A stretch of DNA of 64,000 nucleotides from positions 1 through 64,000 of the forward strand of contig JAAOMT010000073.1 in assembly GCA_016748015.1 (NCBI GenBank), written 5' to 3'. The translations under genes and the position numbers were made by a program. Under the pieces are notes generated by a model that was not told where the DNA came from, searched no databases, and saw only the letters and a program-made list of their open reading frames with translations. The DNA is from Geosiphon pyriformis uo1 (lineage: Eukaryota; Fungi; Glomeromycota). This document shows, in pieces, positions 24,540-36,634 of this stretch. Position 1 is the stretch's first letter; every line of letters starts with the position of its first letter.

Positions 24540-26250
24540 CAAATTAATTTTAACAATTTATTTTTGTTTTAAAACCAATAAAGTTCTTAAACAAATAGTT
24601 AAAACATTATTAAAACTCTTAATAATATATTTTATAATATTCAAATTTTTTTATTTTAAGATTTTTGCATATATATTTAATTAGAAAAAAAATAATCAAA
24701 GTAATCAAAAAACTAATTAGTTTAACAACAAACTTAATTAATGTTATCAAATTAAAAATTTAAGATTTCAAAAAATTCAATTTAGAATTAATTAAAAAAT
24801 TAACAGTAAAAATAGTTAAAAATATAATAATAAAAAAACCCAAAAAAATCAAAACTTTAATATATAATTTTATATTAATAAAAAATAAATTAAAAATTTT
24901 AGAATTATCTATAAATTTGAAAAAATACTTAGAAAAAAAAGATAAAAACATTATATAATTCATAATTAAATAATTTTAATTTTAATACTTATAATAATAA
25001 TAACATTCAAAAATTATTTACCAAATACTATATTTATATAAAGTATTAGTTTTAAAATTACAAAATACAAAATCTTTAAAAACTTAAATATTATTAACTT
25101 AAAAAATTAAATTACTGATTTTAAAGATTATACAACCAAAAAAATATTAAACAATTTAATTTTAAAAATGTTTCTTGAAATAATAATTTTTTTTAGTTAA
25201 ATAAGAAAAAAAATTTAAGATTGTTTTTCTTAATTAATACAAACCAATAAGTAAAAATAATAATAACAAAAAAAGTTCTTAAAATAAATAATAATATATT
25301 ATTATAAGTTTATAAACTTTAATTTAATTAATATAATATTACTAAAAACATCTAAAATATTTTTAATATTATTAAGAAATTTATTAAAAAAATATTATAA
25401 AACACAATAAAGAAAAAAAAATTTATTGCAAAAAACTTTATAATCTTAAATATAATTAAAAACAAAATTACCAATAGCAATTTTAATAATAATAACCAAA
25501 AAAATTTCAAAACCAAAATTTATATAAAATAACTTAATATTGTTTTTGATTTTATTATAAAATTAAGCACTAAAATAAAAATTATTTATTTAAAAAATCT
25601 TTAATTTTTTTTTAAATATTACCAAAGACAGTACCAAAAAACAAAGAAGATATTAATTTAATTTTCGAAATCAGATAATCCAATAATATGATTAAATAAA
25701 AATATATTTAATAAAATGTCTTATTTTACTTATAAGTTTAGCAAAAATTAGTTAAAAATTAATGTATTAACCAAAAATTAAATTAAATTAAGATTGATTA
25801 TATGTTTTTATTATTGTTATTTAAAACAAAAATTTTTTTTTATCTATAATTACAATAAAATTAAGTATTATAATTAATATTAATAATATAAAATTAATAA
25901 AAAAGCCAAAAAAACAGAAAAAACAAAGTTTTATTTTTTATAAAAAAGAAATTGGTTTTAAGATATTAAAATTAACATTAAAAATTTTTTTTAGCATTTT
26001 AAAAGAATTATTATTATAAATAACAAAATTAATTTGGTTTTTTTGGTTATTTAAGCAGTAATAAGTAAAAAATAGAAGAAAAAAATAATTTAATTACTAA
26101 TTTTTTATTAAATTTTTAAAAAAAACAAAGATTATATTAAAACTATTTTAAATAAACTGTTTTAAAAAATCTTTAAAAAAAAAAAAACTTTTAACTAAAA
26201 AATAATGTTTTTAAACCAGCAAAAAATTGGCCAATTATTATTTTATTTAA
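24540..26250 (-). repeat. AT-decayed ghost repeat, probably an old LINE 3' portion; continues at ~17160-17760
   Basis: The reverse complement aligns by eye with 44900-45774, 46611-46990 and 48370-49300; 17470-17530 resembles a decayed LINE 3' UTR. Confidence 0.6.
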
Positions 26251-27813
26251 AAAAAACATTTTTATAAAATATTATTAAATAATCTTTATAATTGTTAGTA
26301 CTTTATTGATAAAAAAATTATTAATTGTTTTAAATAATAAAAAAGATAAAAAAAGTGTAATTTTTTTAATTGATTTTTAATTTTTTAAGTTTAATTTTTT
26401 ATTTATTTATTTAATAGATAATAATATAATTTTAAATACTATTAATTATTATAAAACATAATATATTCTTTATAAAGTTGAATTTTTATTTGTTTTAATT
26501 ATTAAATTTAAGTTTTTTTTAAAAAATAAAAATAGTTAAATATATTATAATAAAATTAAATTTTATTAAAATAATTTTACTTAGTAATTTTTAAAATATA
26601 TTTAATATATTTAGCTTTTTTTATCTGCTTAATATTATCTTGAATTTTTTGTTAATAAAAACTATTGTTAATTTATAAATTATTTTAGCATTATAAAAAT
26701 AATAATACTATTATATACTATTTAAAATAAAAAATTTTTTTTTTTTAGAAATTGAAAAAACATATTGGCAAACTTAATTGTAAACTTTTTTTGTTATTAA
26801 AATATTATTTAATTATAACAATAAAACCAATTAAAAAATTAAAAATAACAAAAAAAAACTCATTTAAAAACAATAATAATAAATTTAAAGTTTACTATTA
26901 TTATAATTATTAATATTAATAATTGTTTTTTAACCACTTTAATTTTTTAGTTATTTAAAAATAATAATAATAATAACAGATTCAAAATTTTAAGACTTTT
27001 GCTAATAATAATAACAATAATAATATTTTAAACTAATTAAAAATTATTATAAATTTATATTATTTAATTATTTTTATTATTAAAAAAATTTTTGGTTGTT
27101 GTTTTTTAATTACATTAACAAAAATAATTTTTTTTTGTTTTAATTATAAACATAAAATTTAAAAAATTAAAAAACAAAAAGAGTTTTAAATTTAATATTA
27201 AGTTAAGAAAATAATTAAATGTTAATTTATTAGATAAAAACATATGTATATATATAATTTAAATAATTAACATAATAATAAAAATATTTTTACTTTATTT
27301 AAAAAACAAAATCATTATAATATACTATTTATAATTATATAATTGTTATTAAATATTATAATTAAACAACAATTTATTTATAATAAATATATAAATAAAT
27401 ATTATTATTAAAAATATTTTATATATTAATATAATAAAAATAAATTAAGTAATCAAAATAATAAATGCGCCAATAATTTAAAACTAAATTGAAATGGTAG
27501 TTTCAAAATTTATTTAATAAACTACAAAACAAACTTAAAAAATATAAAACAAAAAAGGTTTATTTACATAAATATTATAAAAAAATGTAATGATAAATAA
27601 AAAAAGTCAATAATCAATTCAGTTTTTGTAAAATTCAAAAAAATACTTGATTTGTTTTTATACGTATAATTAAAATAATTTAAGATATAATCAGGCTAAT
27701 TGTAATTGATTATATATAAAGTAAATCAGTTCTTAAAATTTATAATTGACAAAAAAAATTTTAATGTAAATACGTATATCAAATTCACATTGAGTACTCC
27801 CATATTGATCAGA

Positions 27814-27821
27814 TGACGTCA
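27814..27821. promoter_or_regulatory. CRE/ATF-type palindrome TGACGTCA upstream of NELF-A
   Basis: Perfect bZIP CRE consensus ~200 bp before the ATG, at the edge of the CpG-retaining zone. Confidence 0.3.
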
Positions 27822-28024
27822 CACGACTAATGCGTCTACAGAACGCTGTTATTTCGCAACTTTATAAAAATTTATTCGCAAGTATTACTGCCAAAGAATT
27901 CCTATTTCTAATTCCTTACAAAGTTATTATCAAATCGTGGTCCACGAGGTCCGAGCATGGGAAGCGAAATACTTTAATAAAGACGTGCTAAAATAACTCA
28001 GTCAAAACGCAAACCAAGTGAAAA

Positions 28025-29924
28025 ATGACAGAACGGAATACGTCTCAAGGTGTGCGAAACTGGCTCACTACAGCTCGAGAAGATCCATGGACTTTTCCAA
28101 CCACGATAGGTCAAAACTTCAGTTCCCCTATTCTAAGAATCTTCAATCAGGACTGGCACACTTACGATGCAGATACTAAATTGGGGATTCTGCTTTCACT
28201 TTTATGCATAAAAAAGTTGCATTTGCAGACTTTGGAACAGGATATGAGCCAGGTAGAGACACCCAATTTCTATAGAGTTTTTAACCCAAGTTCTTCTTAC
28301 TATGGGTTTTCCTTTGAAAGGTACGCTCATTTAGGCACCCCAAAAGATATAAAACTTGATTTTTTTAACAGCTCATCAGGAGAAACCTCTTTTAGCTTAC
28401 CCTTAAGTCATGTAGTTTCGAGGTCTTCATAGCCTCATAAAACATAGGATCTGAATTCAAAGACCAAAGATTTCATTCCTGCACATTATTTGTTTTATAT
28501 GAATACCCACATCATCCTGCCTGACTTTAGCTATGAGCTTTACAGAATCCAAATAGAGGCTGTTTATTACTCATCTTCCTATTTATTTGCTCGCTATCTT
28601 AACCATTAATTAAAATTTAGATTATAAAAACGGGGATTCGTGATCCAGATGAGTGGGTGCGGCTTACATCTGAAATGGTAGCTGATTTTCCCCGAACTGG
28701 AGCGCTTAATATTCAAATTCTGGATATTTTACCGGGCGATTCTCGTGTCGGGCTTGAACGGTTAATAGATAAGAGTGAGTCTAAAGTATTTTTGCCTCTT
28801 TTATATATATTGATCATATTCTTCCTTATTGTAAATTTATATCGGTTGCCCTTTCCTCGGTTATCTTTGTCTTTTATGCATGAATTGAAATGGATAACCT
28901 CTCACAGTTAAAAGAAATGGCATAAAATTTCATCCAATGGAATACGCATACATAGATCTTGATATCTGTGACACTTTTTCAACATTATCATTGAACGCGT
29001 CTTCAAGAGAACATTCTGTAAAATCGCATTTCCAGGTCAACACTTCAAAAATAGCACCACAGAATGACAGATTGGCTTTATTAAGAGATCAAGGAAATTC
29101 GGGATCTTCAATAGCCTCGGGATCGACAATGAATGTTGCAGGATCCTTTCCGGCGGTATCCCAAAATTCCCCCATTGTTGCACAAAATCCTCAAATACCC
29201 GCAAATCGACCGCCCCCTCCTCGACCCCAGCTTTCTCAAAGCTCCTCTTCCCTTTTTATTCCCAAGCGCCGGCCTTCGCAAGTTTCACAGCCATCATTTT
29301 TAAGACCAGCTAATAATTCTTCAAGGCCAGCGCCGATTAACACTGCTCGAGGTTTGTTTCCCATCTTCCGCTAATAATTAAACTTGACCTTTTTCTAATC
29401 AATCTGAGATTTATATTTTGGTTCGCCTTCGTCTTAACTCAGCATCAATGTATAGTGGACAGGCAGCCCTTGGATCGGCAACTATCACAGAATCCCCTAC
29501 AGATATCACCACTGGGAAAACATTTCAGAAGCCAAAAAGAATCCAAATGCTTGATATGTCAACCGGAACCTCAATAATGAAAATTCAAGAAGAGACTTTG
29601 CTAAAGACCCAGCAAGGTAATCTTATCTTTTTAGCTTCTTCAGGTTAAAGCCTTCCTTTGATAATGATTTGTGGACAATAATTTTATCTTATCAGTGGAA
29701 GCCCAAGCGAAAGAAACAAAAAGATTAGAAAAGGAGAGAAGACAGGAAGAGAGGCGACGTGAAGAGGAGGAAAAAAGACTGCTAAAAGAAAGAGAAAAAG
29801 CTGATAAACAGAGGCAGAGAGAGGAAGCTAGGTTTGCTAAAGAAAAAGAAAAGCGAGATAAAGCTGCTGCAAAACAAGCCGCTGCGGCTGTCGTTGGAAC
29901 TTCAACAACTGATAATAATAATGA

Positions 29925-29958
<34 letters not shown>

Positions 29959-30886
29959 GATGATAATATTATTATCCCAAATATCCCACGTAAGAATCTC
30001 TCTTCAATTTCTCCAATTTCCTGTTTTCAAGATTCAATTTCTAATCTTTCGCATAATTTCAGCTGCCCAGCGAAAAAAGAAACGGATGAATAGTGAAGTA
30101 TCTCTTATGCAAATTGTAGCTGACCCTCTTATTCATAACGCGTTCTTATTTATGTCCCTATATAATTTTCCAATGCAATATATTCTTAGACGATACGACC
30201 ATCCAAGAGGAACAAATATCGGAAGAAGATCTTCACCATAAGAATGACGTCCCTAATATTGTTCCTCCTATAACCCCTGTTTCACCCACAAACACCTTCA
30301 TTTCAGTAAATCCTCCAACATTCATGACAGAGCCTTCCACAAGTGAACCTGCATCAGCGATCGACTTGCCTGATGCAAACTTAAATGCACCTAAACCCAG
30401 CGTTCCCATGGAACCCGCTACAAATGTCAAGCCAAATAATATGCCTCAAAGCATTACAGCGGAACAACTACAGGCACTCGCAGATGGGGTTTTTGAATAT
30501 GCCAATTATTTGAGTTCTGAAGATCGACAAACTATAATGGATTTCTTGGCTGGAACATACGGTAAGGCTGAGTTCAAGCTTAAATTTGTATAATTCCAAG
30601 TTTCACACATTTTTTTCCATTTCAATTTTTGGGCTTACAAATAGAGCGAAAATATTCTGCAGCAAGTTCGACACCAGGAGTTAATGATGTCATACGCGAT
30701 ATTGTTATGCACATTGACCGCACCCCACTGTATGGTGAAGGTAGAGAAATAATCGAAACAGTTGTTTTTGAAATGAACACAACTAAAGGGACATGGCGTA
30801 AACTAAAGAGGAAAAAGGTTAAAAGAATAATGCATGATGGATTAAATGGAAAAACCAATGGTAATGAACAGATTGCAGACCAATGA
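28025..30886 (+). CDS. NELFA: Negative elongation factor A (NELF-A/WHSC2) homologue, 8 exons
   Basis: Exons 28025-28252, 28621-28774, 28908-29351, 29443-29616, 29696-29989, 30063-30092, 30190-30561, 30645-30886 are all GT-AG and phase-compatible. DPDEWVRLTSEMVADFPRTGALNI, PMEYAYID, VKSHFQV, KRIQMLDM, IMDFLAG and ETVVFEMNTTKGTWRKLK parallel animal NELF-A motifs as I recall them (DSDPWV..ADILKSFPDTGSLNL, PLECQYL, VKHFQL, ILGFMAG, DTVFEMNYATGQWTRFKK). Confidence 0.85.
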
Positions 30887-31226
30887 ACCTCGCTGAAGGC
30901 GATGATTTCTGTGATGCTTTCTGCCATTTGGGAGTATTTTACATTTTTTGAATTCCATGCAGTGAGCTGATTTTCCAGTGTCCAAGTGTCAAATCTGCGA
31001 AAGACCAAGGTGGCAAGTTCGTTCGATAAGCGGCACAAAAAGTCATAAATTCAATGGGACTGTAAATCGATCAATCAAACTTCAAAAGTTTTTTTTATAG
31101 CTGATAATATACTCGTCTATGTTTAGTAAAACTCGGCACGTAGATTAAGCATTACTTGATCACCCTACAATGCTGGCTTTAGGATTATGAGAATCCTTTA
31201 ATAATTAATCAATCAGATAATCTTTG

Positions 31227-32001
31227 CTACAGAGTTCTCTGTAAACCTTTGACAATTAAAACGGGACAGTGTGCATTTTGCTGGCAATAATCCGAGAAAG
31301 AACCAACAAATAGCCTGATAATGGAATATACAGAGCTTAATTTTCATATCAGTTTAATAAATGATACAAATAACAAGATATTTAGATACCTCTTCCAGGT
31401 AGACAAATCACGGCTTCCCATGATCAATATGTCGGCTTTCTCTTTTTGAGTATAGTCAAGTATAATATTTCTTGTATCGGTTTTTGATTTAATTATTTCA
31501 ACTTTTGCAGCGATCTATGTGGAAGAAACCATTTCATTAGCCATTTAACTGATAATCATGATTCAACAGAATTTCCTCACTACATTTGCCGCTTTCAATT
31601 TTTGAAGATATTCATCAAGGGAATCCTGGGTCTTTTTTTCGATCTAATAAAACAATAATTTCCAATTAATTGAATGAAAAGATATAAAATTATTTTAATG
31701 AGTTGCTGTTACTTGCTTCTTTCTCCCAGTTCATAATATATTCAGCCGCATAATCCACATTCATTTCTTAAATAAAATACTTATTTTTATCGCCATTAAC
31801 AATGGAAATTTCGGTACTTTGCAAGTCACTACATACGGTACCCAACTCAGTTGCTTCAAAGTCCGAACTCAAAGATAGAGCTGAAACCAAATGAACATCA
31901 TCCCTTTCCGGATTTAAGAAATTTTCAATTATCCAGTCGATTGTATAGGTTGCTTCCTTTGTGGAGGAGTCTAATGCAACTACAACTTTACGCGGCTTCA
32001 T
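31227..32001 (-). CDS. Universal stress protein (UspA family), multi-exon
   Basis: RKVVVALDSS N-terminus; ADILIMGSR...FVGSFSDYCQQNAHCPVLIVK C-terminal USP signature across GT-AG introns. Confidence 0.88.
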
Positions 32002-32209
32002 GGCACAATACTGTTCGCTATCTCTAATGAGAATGATCTGCCTAAAATGTTGACTCGTTTTAAATCATGATGCCACTTTATACATCCAAATATGGGAAGG
32101 CTTATCATTTAAGTTTTAGGCAGAAACTTTATAAAGCTGAAATTATGTGTCTTCAAGTGACAAAGCAAACTTGTTAACGGACAACGAAATTTCGAAAGTA
32201 TAACTGAAA

Positions 32210-33908
32210 ATGACACACCAGTCCGGCATTAAAGGTCATTTTCTATTCACGATGATATTTGGTTCAAAATCAGTGAATAATTTTAAAAACATCATCTATA
32301 GAGTCCAAAGAACTCGCCGACTTGTTCGCTAATGCTGTGAAGACAAGGAAGCTACGTATTATTCGTGTGTCCATTGTAAATGGTGGCTATTTTAAGTATT
32401 ACAGTAATATCACAACAATTGAAATTGAAATCTAATGGTCAATTTATGAAATATAGAGTCTTTGGTACCAAATGGTACTATCGAGGCAGGTGATGACTGG
32501 GTATCTGGTTAGTTCTAAGTTTCTTCGAACTGTCCTGACTGACGAGTGTACCAAATAAAAAAAACTTATTTATTTGATCAATAATTCAGATTATGCTAAA
32601 GTTCTATCGTTTCTCGAGGAAAAAATTCCGGCCTATATTCTTTTCAGACTGGATTCCAAATCAAGCACTGGAAATTTTGAATGGCTATTTTTGTGTTACG
32701 TACCTGACCTAGCGAAGGTAACCAATTTTCACAGAGGCAATATTCAAAAAAAATCCTGAATTTATGAATTTATAATACAATAAGGTGAGAGATAAAATGT
32801 TGTATGCTTCGACCCGTGCTACTCTTACGAGAGATTTGGGAGATAATTACTTTGTAGACTCCATATACGGGACTGTGGCGGTGAGTAATGGCCTATTTTT
32901 TTTGAATTTCTTTTTCAACTCACCATAGATGCGTGTTTTTTGTTTACATTCAATAGAACGATTTCACATATGAGGGATATTTAAAGCACAAAAAACATCA
33001 ACTTGCTGATGCCCCTCTTACTGAACGCGAAAAAGAATTGGCAGAGATAAAAATTGCCGAGGTAAACTGTTTTTTATTGAGGGAAAACTAAAGTTGCAGT
33101 TTTTGATGTTCATATTTAATGATTGTGTGTTACCAGGTAAATTCATTCAGCTCATCAACGCGCAAATCCCATGCAGCAGGTGTTTCTTTTCCTATCGCCG
33201 ATGAGGCTTTGGTCGCGTTAAAACAACTTGGTAGTGCTGATCGGACCCATAATCTCGTACAACTTGTACGTAAATTTATTTCATGGTTCATATTGTAAAA
33301 TACATAAACTTTAAGAATTCATCTGCTAAATTCTAGGTCGTCGATACAATAGGCGAGAAATTTGAGCTTTCTTCATCAGATAATATTGGAGTTGATCAAC
33401 TTGCTGCCGTTCTTCCTGTTGATGCACCCAGGTTTTCCTTTTTTGCTTACAATTATTCCCACAATGGCCAGGAATTTGATTCAATAGGTAAATCTTGAGG
33501 GGTGAATTAATGAATAAATGAAATTTTGCTAAATAGCTAACATTATTTTATAGTTTTTATCTATACCTGCCCATCAACCTCTAAAATTCGAGAACGAATG
33601 TTATATTCTTCTTCCCGAGCCTCTATAATTTCTATCGCAGAAAAAGAAGCAAGTCTTGAAATAGTAAAAAAGGTAATGACAAAGGAGAATGAAGATTTCT
33701 TTACAAGTAATAAAAAGATGGGTTAAAAATTTATGTTAAAAATTAACCTTTATTTTTCATTTGTAAATAATGTCATTAGCTAGAAACAAATGATCCTAAA
33801 GATTTGAACGAATCATTTTTACTCAATGAGCTGCATCCAAAGAAAGATATTGGGATTAAAAAATTCGATCGGCCTAAACCTCCAGGAAGGAGAAATATCC
33901 GAACCTGA
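32210..33908 (+). CDS. TWF1: Twinfilin (two ADF-H domains), 10 exons
   Basis: MTHQSGIK start; [21 protein letters not shown]; [10 protein letters not shown]; [21 protein letters not shown]; C-terminal [10 protein letters not shown] tail. Confidence 0.95.
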
Positions 33909-35711
33909 ATCAGTTAATAAGGTTTTTTGACTTATTTTTCCATGTTAATTTAAACAATTTTAATATAAAGCTGGTTTTAACTTGGGGATTTCTTTATTTG
34001 TGTCCAATAATTTATATTTTTAGCTAGATTCTACTATTTGGAATTGGCTGCGATACTAAGAACTTTCTGGTTTTTTTTTCGGTAAAAAAAACAAGCCTTT
34101 TATTTGAATGTAACGTTATATTATTCAAAGTTATCAAACTTTGATTATTTTTCAACTCTTCGTTTTCTGCTTTTCACGTGACACCAACCTTAATTCTAGT
34201 CCAAAATATTTTTAAGGTTTCTTGTAGCATTTATGTTAAGTTTTAAAGAAAAAAAAACTGATTTGTAAATCTTTTAAGTTATAAGGCTTAACAATAAAGC
34301 CTTTTGTTTTTGAATGTAAATAATTGTATTTAGTATTATTATTCTTTGAAATTTTAATATTAATTTAAATAATCAAATTCAATTCTATTTTGCTTTAATA
34401 TATTATTTTTATAATACAATATATTGAATAAAAAAACAGGTTTAAATCACCTGTCAGCTAAACAACATTTATCATTGAAGAATGACATATTTTTCTGCAA
34501 AAAATAAATGATCATAGGAGGTAAAACGTATACTTCGAGTATTTGTAGCTAATCAGCGACATAAAAAACGTGGTGTTTAATTTCATTTCCTTTAACACTT
34601 TGAATGATTATAAGTTCATTCCGGTTAACTAACCTCTTAAATGAGATCTCAGACTTCTTGTCTCATGCTCTCCTATCTATCAGTCAGGTATAAATCAAGA
34701 TTCAAACCAAGTTTTTTTTTGCCTCCATTACTAATCTCTAATTCCAATCCTGTGATTTATAGCCTGCACATTCGCCACGAATGGGATTGATCGTCGTTTC
34801 TGTACTATTTATCGCTAATGAGGCACAATAATAATAATAATAATAAATCACTGGTCATCACAGAAATCGCAAAATGAGGAGTTTCGCTCTTCCCGAAGGT
34901 GATTTTTATTATGAAATTCGATTGTCCAACACTAGTGAATTAAATGACATTTAATTGTAAGAGGAACAAGTCATTCATCATTATTAGGTTTCGAGATCCA
35001 TTTATGATGTCGGTCACAGTTGCAAGCTTTACAAAATTAGAATATTTTAACTTTTTTAAATTTCGTGAGTATACACTTGATATGGATTAAATGTACAAAT
35101 TCTACTCAGGCTTTGTAATGGGAGGCAATGACGACTTGCACTTTCGCACAGGATACATTTCCCGATAGCGGATTTGAAAGAAGTGTGGGAAAATGTGTGT
35201 GACCAATGGTGGGAAGAAGACACAACCTTTTTACTAGTAGTACATAGAAGGAAACAATAGATTGGATGATCTAATAGGCTAAAAGTAGATTTCCTCGGGA
35301 ACTTGGCATTTGAGGCAGAATGATAAATCAAAAGAATGCAGCGTGCAGCAGTGTTACGGGAATGAAATCAACCCGAAATGATCAATCAAAGTTGAGTTCA
35401 ACTGGAAGAACTAAGGTGTAGGATGGCATCAGGAAGAAATACGTAAACGAGCCTAAAAGCTCCGCGATTTTTGCTAGCTGCTGTGTACAGCATCACCAAT
35501 GTATCGATTGATATCCGAAATAACGTTTGCAGGGAAGAAGCGACAAATTTTATGCAATCCCATATTATACTAAATCAAATTACTTTGTTACCCTAAATTA
35601 ATTCCAAAAATTATATATTGCACCAAGTTTTTCTCAGAATTTTTTTAAATTTCTCAATCAAATAAACGATTTATATTTGGGTTAATCGAATATTGAAAAT
35701 TTTCTGCGAAA

Positions 35712-36320
35712 ATGGAAACGTTCACCAAAGCTCTCTCCAAAACCTTTTTAGATTCAAATCAGATGGCCCCAATGGAAATGGATAATGTTGAATTAGAATT
35801 GCGAAAAATTGACCATCATAAAATCCTCAATACTCGACCATATCATCATAATGATGAGACAAATCAACCTCACCAAGCTACAATCGAGTTACCATCCCAG
35901 ACACAACTTCAACAAAAATTAGACTATTTCTCTCATGCGGCAGAATACCTCACACCGACAGGCACGCTATTTAGTGAAAGTAGAAACAGTTCAAGACACA
36001 ATAGTTTTCGAAATTCGAGTTTTTTGAATACTTTAAAACATCTGACTACCCCTAAATACGAGGAAGAAGATTGTTTTTTCTTACAGGAAATAATCCCTAG
36101 AACTTTCCATTCTCGTTCTTCTTCGTCTTCAAGTGATTATTCTGATTCAGAGGATGAACTGGATGTGGATGCGTTATTTTATAATCGACCGCGGTCAAAT
36201 GTTCGTGTGCGAACATCTGGCGTATTTGATTTTTCATTGAATGATTTTCTGAGACATAACGAATATATGGATGATACGTTGAATTTCGAAGCCTCGGAAA
36301 CTTATAAGTTAACTTCGTAG
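35712..36320 (+). CDS. Hypothetical Ser-rich protein, 202 aa, single exon
   Basis: Long open frame with gene-like composition (CpG retained) and AAAATGG start context; no family recognised. Confidence 0.65.
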   Translation: METFTKALSKTFLDSNQMAPMEMDNVELELRKIDHHKILNTRPYHHNDETNQPHQATIELPSQTQLQQKLDYFSHAAEYLTPTGTLFSESRNSSRHNSFRNSSFLNTLKHLTTPKYEEEDCFFLQEIIPRTFHSRSSSSSSDYSDSEDELDVDALFYNRPRSNVRVRTSGVFDFSLNDFLRHNEYMDDTLNFEASETYKLTS

Positions 36321-36589
36321 AAATTTTCCCTTTTTTAAATGTAAAATGATGTGAAGAGTGGAAATCTTCAAATTAAACATTTTGAGCTTTTCAAATTTCG
36401 AAAGTTTGAAATACATTTTCTTTGTAAATAATTTTTTAGTTATTCAAACCTCCCTTTTCATTAATATTTTTTTTATTAAATTGAGTACTGTAGAGTCCGT
36501 AATAATACGCGTTGACTCCCACTCAAAATTTTTATTATAAATCTAATAGAACTTTAAAATCTTTCTTGGCTTCTTGGGATAGTATGATG

Positions 36590-36592
36590 ATG

Positions 36593-36633
<41 letters not shown>
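36590..36633 (+). repeat. (TAA)n microsatellite
   Basis: Perfect ATA/TAA triplet run. Confidence 0.9.

Positions 36634-36634
<1 letters not shown>

Noticed and set aside
24760-24963. F/I/L/K/N-rich short ORFs in AT deserts (also 569-5541, 44940-45149, 48543-48995)
   Set aside because: Compositional artefacts of decayed repeats, often with non-ATG starts.
35056-35331. 91-aa minus-strand ORF
   Set aside because: Non-ATG start, no motif and no supporting splice structure.
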